A stretch of DNA of 62,866 bases, filler included. It is 5 parts of 5 records of this genome, joined end to end, with 100 filler letters (N's around TTAATTAATTAA, not from the genome) between each part and the next. Parts side by side here need not be neighbours in the genome. Positions count along the whole stretch, not along the records: positions 1 to 29,806 come from SRR20825015_141; 4 more parts are not named here. One strand, 5' to 3'. Under the pieces are notes generated by a model. That model made no database searches. It had not been told where the DNA came from and was given only the letters and a program-made list of their open reading frames with translations. Positions 1 through 7,470 of this stretch are shown here, piece by piece. Made by a program: the position numbers and the translations under genes. Positions within the stretch are counted from its first letter, which is position 1. Each line of letters starts with the position of its first letter.

Positions 1-49
1 GTCAGTTCGAAAGAACAAAAGATAAGTTTATATGGCTATAGACCTAGAG

Positions 50-82
50 AAGCCCAAGATGTATCAATGTCTTGGGCTTTTT
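50..82 (+). terminator. Intrinsic terminator after an upstream gene truncated by the window edge
   Basis: AAGCCCAAGAT / GTCTTGGGCTT inverted repeat followed by a T-run. Confidence 0.7.
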
Positions 83-188
83 GCTTTATAATGGTTCATC
101 TCAGAATACAATATGGGGTCAAGACCAAAAGTTTGAGACTGATTCGGATTACTTTTCTGTATTTTAGACATTCAATAGAAAAGTCCTT

Positions 189-1448
189 ATGAAGTTTTAT
201 TCGCTGCTATTTATTTCGTTCATCTGTTTTTTCGGTCAAAGCCGAGATAAATTGAATTCAAATTTCTCTTTGACCCTGAATAATCAAATAGTAAACCCAC
301 AAAGTTTAATCAATATTCATGACTTTAAAAATCTAAGAGTCACTCCCAATAATAATACAGATTCGCTCAGTGTTCAATTTGCGATTGTACCAATTGGACT
401 TAACATTCTTTCCTTTAAAATAAAAGTTAGCGAAATACATACTTTAGATATCCAACGGATGCTGGAAATTGGTGGTATTCTCGAATCAAAAATATCTCAT
501 GTGATCATAAGTATTGTTGAGAGTGAATTGAAGCCTGCGTTGTACTCGATTACTGTTTTTACTCGAAAAATGGAATTAGCATCCGACTACTTCGAAAACT
601 TTAAATCGTATGCTGAGGCAGGGAATGGAGAAATGGCAGTTTGGAATATTGATCAAGCGATCATTTTAGATCCTGAGAATCTCGAGTACTTAAATGCGAA
701 AGGTCAGATCTACTTTGAAATGGGGGAGTTGATTTCATCAAAAGAGCAATTTGAAAAAATCATTGTATCGAAACCAAATAGTCAATCTTACATTTTTCTA
801 GCTTCGATCTTTATGGAACTTGGAGAATTTACCAACGCCATTAACCACTCATTGAAGGCGGCCGAACTTACCTCAGACAGTATTGAAAAATCGGATCGCT
901 ATGATATAATTGGAACAGCGATGGCAAAGATGTTCCAATATGAAGGAGCGTACAAGAGCTATAAAAAGGCTCTGGAGTATAATCCAGATAACGTTTATGT
1001 CCTCAATAACATCACCACTGTTTTGGATGAACTAAACAAGTCGGACGAAAAGGTGGGATATTTCAAAAGAATAATTGAGGTCGATTCTAGCTTCTACTTG
1101 GTGCATATTAACATTGGATTTCATTATCTAAGTGAGAAACAATTCGATTTGGCACTTCAGGAGTTTAATTCGGTTTTAAAGATTGATTCAACTCAGGCGA
1201 TTGCACTGAGTAATAAAGCGTTTGCTTTGCACAAATTGGGGGAGAATCCAGAAGCCTTAAGTGTTATTAATGAATCGATTAAATACAACCCTACGAACTC
1301 TTACGCGTATAGAAATAGAGCATTAATCCATCTTGAACTGAATAAACAAACTCAAGCGTGTGAAGATTTAGAAACCGCGTTGAATCTAAATTTCACAGAA
1401 CAATACGGGGATGAAATAGAAACACTTTGGGAAAAGCATTGCAGGTAA
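189..1448 (+). CDS. Exported tetratricopeptide repeat protein
   Basis: Hydrophobic N-terminal signal; many TPR-like units (e.g. AYKSYKKALEYNPDN, YAYRNRALIHLELN), ending ACEDLETALNL. Confidence 0.85.
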   Translation: MKFYSLLFISFICFFGQSRDKLNSNFSLTLNNQIVNPQSLINIHDFKNLRVTPNNNTDSLSVQFAIVPIGLNILSFKIKVSEIHTLDIQRMLEIGGILESKISHVIISIVESELKPALYSITVFTRKMELASDYFENFKSYAEAGNGEMAVWNIDQAIILDPENLEYLNAKGQIYFEMGELISSKEQFEKIIVSKPNSQSYIFLASIFMELGEFTNAINHSLKAAELTSDSIEKSDRYDIIGTAMAKMFQYEGAYKSYKKALEYNPDNVYVLNNITTVLDELNKSDEKVGYFKRIIEVDSSFYLVHINIGFHYLSEKQFDLALQEFNSVLKIDSTQAIALSNKAFALHKLGENPEALSVINESIKYNPTNSYAYRNRALIHLELNKQTQACEDLETALNLNFTEQYGDEIETLWEKHCR

Positions 1449-1484
1449 CGATTGACACGGTCTTCGCTTTATCTAAAACTTAAA

Positions 1485-2585
1485 TCACATCAATTTTTTC
1501 GCAAGGTATAGGTATTGCTGAGGCAAATGATGCTGCCAAATGTTAACGTTTTCAGGATCATTATTGTACAATTCATAATAATCACTCTCTGGATAAAGCA
1601 CTATAGTATTGCCCGTCCGGACATAATAATTGCTGTTATAGTATTCTGGAGTCTTGAAGTTAGGAATTTGTTTCTTGACCGCTTGAGATACCATTTTACC
1701 CAAGTACTTTTCATAATTTCTTTGAGCCTTCAAACTTGGTTTACTCAAGTTATTGTACACTTTTTTTAGGGCGAGATTGACAGGGAATTTTTGCTTTTTA
1801 ATTAATGATTTTGCGTTTCTAAATGGGTTCATATTTGTAAAATCATCCACGGTTTGAACAGAAAAAGGGACATCTGGAACCCAATCAACAGTATTCACAA
1901 CATTAAATGCCCACCCGCCTTTCGTCATATTCTCGTAATCGTAGGCAAAAAACAAATTCCCAGGTTTAGGTCCAGCACTGCAATACGTCTTGAAGCGAAT
2001 ATCTTGGGGCAATTTATTCTCAAGTTTTAAATTTTCCAGATAGGCATTGAGCATGTAGGTAATCCCACCGCCTTGACTATGTCCAGTAAGTATAAAATCC
2101 TTAATTCCTGTTTTGTAGCACGAATCAATTTTTGCTTCTATTGTTCGAGAGAGATACGCCATTGCTACGAACCAACCAACTTGAACAGCGGCTCTAGGGT
2201 TTTCAGCAAGTTTATATTTGAAAAGAAAATCGTCATCCAATTGAAGTTCGCCAGTAGCTGGAACCATTGCCGCATATAAGTTCGCCAGAAAACTTGCTTC
2301 TGTTTGAATACTTCCTTGAACAGCGATCATGGCTACATGTTGATCCTTTTTAATCCATAAATCCCAAATATTATCGAAAGCTACAACGGGTGAGCGATAA
2401 ATAAAATCGAAGTCTTGCGGCAACGGCATTGCGGTATCTCCTGCCCAATCATCAAGAGGAATGTGTGTTTTGTAGTTAATTTTTAAAGTCTCTATATACT
2501 CCGCTTTGTCAAATCCAGGTGTTAAGTGTTGTCCGTACAAGATTGAAACGAAGAAAATAAAACTGATTAGAGTAAGAACTTTCAT
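1485..2585 (-). CDS. Secreted class 3 lipase-family alpha/beta hydrolase
   Basis: Signal peptide; nucleophile elbow LTGHSQGGG; PKPGN and VNTVDWVPDVP motifs. Confidence 0.85.
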   Translation of the reverse strand: MKVLTLISFIFFVSILYGQHLTPGFDKAEYIETLKINYKTHIPLDDWAGDTAMPLPQDFDFIYRSPVVAFDNIWDLWIKKDQHVAMIAVQGSIQTEASFLANLYAAMVPATGELQLDDDFLFKYKLAENPRAAVQVGWFVAMAYLSRTIEAKIDSCYKTGIKDFILTGHSQGGGITYMLNAYLENLKLENKLPQDIRFKTYCSAGPKPGNLFFAYDYENMTKGGWAFNVVNTVDWVPDVPFSVQTVDDFTNMNPFRNAKSLIKKQKFPVNLALKKVYNNLSKPSLKAQRNYEKYLGKMVSQAVKKQIPNFKTPEYYNSNYYVRTGNTIVLYPESDYYELYNNDPENVNIWQHHLPQQYLYLAKKLM

Positions 2586-2723
2586 AAGATTTCGGATTAA
2601 GGTTATATGGTATATGGATTTTGATGAAAAAATAATGGTTCAACTCAAATATACAAGTATTTATCCAAAATAAACTGGAGATCAGAAAGCACTGTTTTAA
2701 AAATAATTCAAAAGAAAAATTAT

Positions 2724-2744
2724 CTGCGCAAAATTATTGCGTAG
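2724..2744. promoter_or_regulatory. Palindromic operator candidate upstream of the ncRNA array
   Basis: CTGCGCAA-AATTA-TTGCGTAG, 7 of 8 arm positions complementary; lies just upstream of a near-consensus Bacteroidota -7 element AATCTTTG (2753-2760; consensus TAnnTTTG). Confidence 0.6.
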
Positions 2745-2794
2745 TACAGTTTAATCTTTGACCTGTCGAAAGGCAAAAACGTTCTTTTAAATAC

Positions 2795-2860
2795 AGCAGG
2801 TCAAGAATCAAGTTACTTCAAACACACCCTTAAACGTAATAACTTATTCAATTATCTGCT
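2795..2860 (+). ncRNA. Y RNA-like hairpin, unit 1
   Basis: AGCAGGT(2795-2801)/ATCTGCT(2854-2860), bulged C2802, AA/TT, AA bulge 2850-2851, GAAT/ATTC, AAGTTA/TAACTT; TTACTTC at the top of the stem. Confidence 0.7.
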
Positions 2861-2865
2861 TAAAT

Positions 2866-3054
2866 GAGGCAGTAGCTCAGATGGTAGAGCAGGTCAGCTT
2901 TTAAATTACCTAACGCAACAAGTACGTGGTGAAACGGATTTTAAATGGTCGACTAAAGCATTGTTTACAGCGCCGCGGTCGTACCTATGGTCAATAAAGG
3001 CTTACTTGAGCACTTCTAATGCCCGGGTCGTGGGTTCGAATCCCACCTGCCTCA
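2866..3054 (+). ncRNA. tRNA-like RNA (anticodon UCU) with a 116-nt inserted Y-like bulged-helix arm, unit 2
   Basis: Acceptor GAGGCAG/CTGCCTC-A; D arm GCTC-AGATGGTA-GAGC; anticodon arm GAGCA-CTTCTAA-TGCCC (3008-3024); variable GGGTC; T arm GTGGG-TTCGAAT-CCCAC; insert 2892-3007 in which 2896-2910 pairs with 2989-3002. Confidence 0.8.
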
Positions 3055-3055
3055 C

Positions 3056-3132
3056 TTTTGGTCAAAACTAACTTACTACTGATCGGCACTTACGGTTCGA
3101 ATCCGTCTTTGAGAGTTTGTTAATAACCAAAA
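3056..3132 (+). ncRNA. Y RNA-like hairpin with T-arm, unit 3
   Basis: TTTTGGT/ACCAAAA closing stem, GGTCA-N8-TTACTA 5' strand, internal ACGG-TTCGAAT-CCGT (3092-3106); upper stem less regular than in the other units. Confidence 0.65.
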
Positions 3133-3136
3133 AAAA

Positions 3137-3231
3137 CATGGGTCAACATGATCTTACTTCGTTGTCCAGGTTCGAATCCTGGTCTCCGAAAGGAGGACGA
3201 TTGGTTGAATTTAGAATGTGAATTACCCATG
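3137..3231 (+). ncRNA. YrlA-like RNA with permuted tRNA-like domain, unit 4
   Basis: CATGGGT/ACCCATG, bulged C3144, AA/TT, AA bulge; TTACTTC; T arm CCAGG-TTCGAAT-CCTGG (3166-3182) directly followed by TCTCC-GAAA-GGAGG (3183-3196) and a TTGGTT D-loop-like segment. Confidence 0.75.
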
Positions 3232-3236
3232 GAAAT

Positions 3237-3311
3237 TTAGGTCAATTGTTTCTTACTTCTGGGGATTTCCCCACCATTTTACGGCAATGATTTAGAAACA
3301 AGATTACCTGA
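3237..3311 (+). ncRNA. Y RNA-like hairpin, unit 5
   Basis: TTAGGT/ACCTGA, bulged C3243, AA/TT, GA bulge 3302-3303, perfect TTGTTTCT/AGAAACAA; TTACTTC; internal hairpin TGGGG-ATTT-CCCCA. Confidence 0.75.
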
Positions 3312-3337
3312 TTTATTAAACTTTAAAAATTAGAATT

Positions 3338-5581
3338 ATGAAAAGAGATTTATTAAAAGTATCCATTCGAAAAAATGCAATTGTGATTCCTTCGGATTGG
3401 ATCATGAATGAAACAAGTGTGGCATTTAACGAGACAACAGGCGTATTGTTAGCCAATTGCTCAAAATTGGGATATACTTTTTCAGAAGATTTATTGAAAA
3501 AAGTTAATGGAATTTCTCCGATTGCGAAACTGGAATTGTTCGAACTCTTAAAAGAAGTTTCAGGTGTAAACAAGAATTGGACGCCACTTGTTAAACAATG
3601 GAATGTGCCAACCGGAGAATCTGTGTTGGATCATATTGTGACTTGGTTCGCAAATGTTTTTCAAGTGAACGGAGGAACGAAACTCCCATGTGGTCATTCG
3701 ATTTTGGAGAACACTTTTCCGATTGAAAGATACAATGGTTGCCCATACTGTGGAACACCATTTGAATTTGCTGAATTGGAGTATGTTGGAGGTGTCAACA
3801 AGCTCAAAATATTGAATCTGTGGACGGAAGAGGATTTGATGAACGAACTGAAGAGTTTGTTGATGTCTCCTGTGGCGTTGGATGCTACTCAAGCGGATAG
3901 TTTAAAGAAACTGCTTGCGACTTTTGGTTTACCTGAAGGAATCGAAATCAGTATGAAAGAAACTGTAATGATGGTGATCGACGCGCTTGCGGAAGTTGGT
4001 AAAACGGAAGAGGCTGGAACGCTGTTTAAAACACCAAATGATGTTTTGAGGTATTTGTGGTACAAAAAAACAGGATTTTTACAGCTACTTGAACCGAAAA
4101 CAATTGCTAACAGAATGCGAAAAAATGCATTGAATCTGCATGCTCGCTTGGATCAAAGCACCGAAACCAAAATCAAGTCTTTGGAAGATTTGAAGTTGAA
4201 ATTTAATCGTGTGGAATGTAAGCAATATGCGACTTGGTTAACGCAACTGAACATGAATGTTGCAGATCAATGTGAAATCATGCATCCGAAAAGAGGAATG
4301 TGGGTGAGGGTGATTCGTGCACTTCGATTGGCAGAATACAGTAAGAGAAAAGGGTTCGAAAAGCTTGCTGAGCTGTTGGACTTCTTCTACAACGAAAAGT
4401 ACGAAGTTTGGCAAGGAAAGGTGAACGCGCATAAACTAAAAATGGACGCAGAGGCGACGTTTGAACTGTTAAAACAAAGACCGGGATTGTTCGCAAGATC
4501 TTTATTCTCTTCGATGTTATGGTTTGGACCCGATCTTTCAATCGCGCACTTCAAGGAAATAATGCACAAAGTACCATCGAGATTGATCTTCACGCTAAAT
4601 ATGTATGCGGAGGTGTATTTTGATAAGAACGCCATAAGAACCGTGAAACCGTTAGGAGGAGTGAGTAAAAGAGTTCCTTTGAATAAATTACTTCAACTCT
4701 ACTCGGATGAGAAATTGCAAAGAATGCATTCGCTTGTGCAGGAGTTAAGTTTGGAAGTAATCAAAGAGAACTTGAGAGGAGTCCATAATCCAAATACTAC
4801 GATGTTTATTGATAAGGGCTTGTTCAATATTCCAATCTCGATAGGAGATAGAGGTGAACATGTTCAGGATTTGCAGGGAGCATTGATGGGATCTAAGTTC
4901 AATGTTGAAGGAGATACTGTTCGATTGTTTTTACAATGGGGGGAAGGACTTCCAGCTCAGCATCTTGATATGGATTTGAGTTGTAAAGTATCTTACGAAA
5001 AGAAAAGTGAGTTCTGCTCATATTCTCAACTCGTAATTCCCGGATGTAAACATAGCGGCGATATTAGAAGTATTCCTAATAAAGTAGGAACCGCCGAATA
5101 CATCGACCTCGACTTGAATGAACTGGCGAAACTAGGCGCGAAATATGTGACTTTCACATGTAATGCGTACTCAAATGGAAGTTTGACTCCGAACCTGGTG
5201 GTTGGTTGGATGAATAGCAAATATCCAATGAAGATTTCCTCGAGCGGTGTGGCATACGATCCAACGGCAGTTCAACATCAGGTGAGAATTAAGCAAAACC
5301 TTACAAAGGGTCTCGTGTTCGGTGTCTTGGATGTTGTAAAAAGAGAAATAACGTGGTTGGAAATGAGCTTCGATGGACAATTGGTCCAAAATTTAAATCT
5401 AGAAACACTAGAAGGAATGCTCAACAAGTTGAACGCTAAATTGAAAATTGGCGATTTACTTACATTGAAAGCCGAAGTTCAAAGGTTGACCATTGTGGAA
5501 GATTCAGAAAAGGCTGATGAAGTTTATTCTATGGATTGGGCAATGAACACAGCCGACGTAAGTAAATTATTTTTAGAATAA
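3338..5581 (+). CDS. Zn-finger (prokaryotic RING-like) + long helical region + C-terminal TerD-like domain protein; candidate Ro/TROVE-like RNA-binding protein
   Basis: LPCGH...GCPYCG metal-ligand motif; central LLKQRPGLFARSL helical region; C-terminal LFLQWG...DMDLS...HSGD...AEYIDLDL TerD signature. The Ro/TROVE relation is inferred from the adjacent RNAs. Confidence 0.7.
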   Translation: MKRDLLKVSIRKNAIVIPSDWIMNETSVAFNETTGVLLANCSKLGYTFSEDLLKKVNGISPIAKLELFELLKEVSGVNKNWTPLVKQWNVPTGESVLDHIVTWFANVFQVNGGTKLPCGHSILENTFPIERYNGCPYCGTPFEFAELEYVGGVNKLKILNLWTEEDLMNELKSLLMSPVALDATQADSLKKLLATFGLPEGIEISMKETVMMVIDALAEVGKTEEAGTLFKTPNDVLRYLWYKKTGFLQLLEPKTIANRMRKNALNLHARLDQSTETKIKSLEDLKLKFNRVECKQYATWLTQLNMNVADQCEIMHPKRGMWVRVIRALRLAEYSKRKGFEKLAELLDFFYNEKYEVWQGKVNAHKLKMDAEATFELLKQRPGLFARSLFSSMLWFGPDLSIAHFKEIMHKVPSRLIFTLNMYAEVYFDKNAIRTVKPLGGVSKRVPLNKLLQLYSDEKLQRMHSLVQELSLEVIKENLRGVHNPNTTMFIDKGLFNIPISIGDRGEHVQDLQGALMGSKFNVEGDTVRLFLQWGEGLPAQHLDMDLSCKVSYEKKSEFCSYSQLVIPGCKHSGDIRSIPNKVGTAEYIDLDLNELAKLGAKYVTFTCNAYSNGSLTPNLVVGWMNSKYPMKISSSGVAYDPTAVQHQVRIKQNLTKGLVFGVLDVVKREITWLEMSFDGQLVQNLNLETLEGMLNKLNAKLKIGDLLTLKAEVQRLTIVEDSEKADEVYSMDWAMNTADVSKLFLE

Positions 5582-5603
5582 TCTATTTCTATGAAGGAAA
5601 GAA

Positions 5604-5640
5604 TAGAAGGCTCTGCAATTGCGGAGCTTTCTAGTTTTTT
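5604..5640 (+). terminator. Intrinsic terminator closing the ncRNA-protein unit
   Basis: TAGAAGGCTCTGC-AATT-GCGGAGCTTTCTA hairpin followed by GTTTTTT. Confidence 0.75.
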
Positions 5641-6827
5641 ACACATTTTAAACGCTCCATCGTATTGTTATCGTGGTGAATAATCACATGATAAATTCCA
5701 GAAGATATTTTACCTGAAAGATCGTCAACTATTCCATTCGTGTTTTCATCGTACGGCGCGCTGTAAATCATTTTTCCCATTCCATTGTAAATGTCGATTG
5801 AACTGATCTGCTCACCACGAACGATCAGTTCACCATTTAAGAAATGCGCTACGGTAACACCAGATTGGCAATTATTGATGGAAATCATTTTGAACTCTTC
5901 AGTTCTACCGTCAAAGTCAGTTTGACTCAGCTTATAGTAGTTCGGTTGTCCGTCAATATTGTTCAAAGCCAACCAGCTATAAGATTTTTTCTCTTGCGAA
6001 TTTCCAACACCATTAATAATTCCAACAGCTTTGAAATCGACTCCGTCTGTTGAGTGTGAGATTGTAAAATAATCGTTGTCGATTTCTGAAGCAACACTCC
6101 AAGTGAGTTCCGGAACATTGTTAACACACTCGTATCCAAAGTCGATGAATTCAACGGGTAACGGAACGGAACAGTTTACAGTACAAAATGAGCTTATCAA
6201 ACCTGTTGAAGCTGTAGGAGCAACAGTTGAAGTACGAATGATTAAAATGGTGTGTCCAGCTTGAGCTGCAGTTGCCGTGAACGTGTACGTATTCGTTGTC
6301 CATGCAGTTCCCGCTGCGGTTAGATTTGGCATTGCAACTGCGCCGCCCATTGTCCCAGCGGTGTTACTGAATACCTGTGGAGAAAACGATCCTGTGCTTC
6401 CAGTTCCGTGACTTACCGAAGTAATATTGTATGAATAGGTTTGTCCACTTACAAGAGGAGCACTCAATCTAAATCCAAATGCTTCTCCACCACTTGTCCA
6501 TGCGGTACCTGAACCAATAAAAACAGCTCTACATCCTACGTTTCCCGAGATCGGTGGGATTGTTAAATTCGCGCCTGCGTATGACCCCGTCCATCCTGAT
6601 CCATTCCATGAGATTAAATCAGCGTCTGCTACATTTAGCAAATTGGCAGAAGAAGCGAAACCGGTGCTCGGCGTGGCAGACATAAAACAAGGATCTAATA
6701 CTATTTGACCAAAGGAACAAAACGATAGTAGAAAGAACGCACTGCATCCTAACGCTTTTTTTATACTTTTCGGGGCGTGCTTCATGTTTACAAAATTAAG
6801 GTCGAAGTTACGGGCGGTCTCAATCAT
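5631..6827 (-). CDS. Type IX secretion (T9SS type A C-terminal domain) cargo protein
   Basis: Signal peptide, Ser/Thr/Gly-rich beta domain, PLPVEF...W.VASEIDNDYF...YYKLSQTDFDG module, CTD IYNGMGKMI...SGIYHVII...KCVKN; true start may be the second Met. Confidence 0.8.
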   Translation of the reverse strand: MIETARNFDLNFVNMKHAPKSIKKALGCSAFFLLSFCSFGQIVLDPCFMSATPSTGFASSANLLNVADADLISWNGSGWTGSYAGANLTIPPISGNVGCRAVFIGSGTAWTSGGEAFGFRLSAPLVSGQTYSYNITSVSHGTGSTGSFSPQVFSNTAGTMGGAVAMPNLTAAGTAWTTNTYTFTATAAQAGHTILIIRTSTVAPTASTGLISSFCTVNCSVPLPVEFIDFGYECVNNVPELTWSVASEIDNDYFTISHSTDGVDFKAVGIINGVGNSQEKKSYSWLALNNIDGQPNYYKLSQTDFDGRTEEFKMISINNCQSGVTVAHFLNGELIVRGEQISSIDIYNGMGKMIYSAPYDENTNGIVDDLSGKISSGIYHVIIHHDNNTMERLKCVKN

Positions 6828-7089
6828 TTTAAGTTGAAAGTCACAAAGTTATTTGTGTTCTGAAAATGGCTAATACGCACGATTTGATGAAGTAAAAATA
6901 GTAAAGAAAACGATTCAATCCCAAAAAAAGATACAGCGACGAATAAATGTGTTGACTAGGTTTTTGTCTTTGATAAATAGGTTGTTACGTTAATTTTTTG
7001 ACGTTGAATCGATAAGAACTGTCAGGAAAATAGATGTATGATCAACACAATAATGAAATAATGTGATGCCAAATCGTCTAGGTATGTTT

Positions 7090-7461
7090 CTATACTACTT
7101 TAATGATTTCAACAATCTCAACCTCATTATCTCTGAGCCAAGAAATTTTACCACCTTCAGTACCACCGAATAAGGCAACGCCAAGGCTTGATAAAATAGA
7201 TAGTTTGTTTACGCGCATGTCCGCATTTGCAGGAAGGACTAACATTAAGCCATATTTATACCCAAAGGACGTTTTAATAGTAATCATTTTTCCGAGTGAA
7301 ACAACGGTGCGGGGAATTTGGTCAGTCTTGCAAGTGATACTTTCGTTTAGCTTCAATTCCAAGTACTTCTGATTGGCTTGTTGCCCAATGGTCAGTACTT
7401 TGGTATTTCTCAATAGCTTTAAAAGTTGTTCTTTCTCTTTTTCCCCGACCATTATTCTCAT
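7090..7461 (-). CDS. GreA/GreB C-terminal-domain (Rnk-like) protein
   Basis: IPRTVVSLG...LVLPANAD...KLSILSSLGVALFG...ISW matches the Rnk/Gre C-terminal pattern. Confidence 0.75.
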   Translation of the reverse strand: MRIMVGEKEKEQLLKLLRNTKVLTIGQQANQKYLELKLNESITCKTDQIPRTVVSLGKMITIKTSFGYKYGLMLVLPANADMRVNKLSILSSLGVALFGGTEGGKISWLRDNEVEIVEIIKVV

Positions 7462-7470
7462 TCAAAAGGT

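Noticed and set aside
2892-2911. A sixth 5'-strand copy (GGTCA-N9-TTACCT) of the array motif
   Set aside because: It pairs better as the partner strand of 2989-3002, reproducing both bulges; kept only as a possible alternative fold
2892-3007. Group I or group II intron in a tRNA
   Set aside because: 116 nt is too short, no catalytic core motifs are visible, the site (26/27) is not the anticodon loop, and the insert repeats the helix of neighbouring units
2866-3054. tmRNA
   Set aside because: Has a full D stem and anticodon arm, G3-C70 instead of G3-U70, is only 189 nt, and has no evident tag reading frame
2795-3311. CRISPR array or simple tandem repeat
   Set aside because: Only short motifs recur, spacing is irregular, intervening sequences base-pair with the motifs, and there are no cas genes
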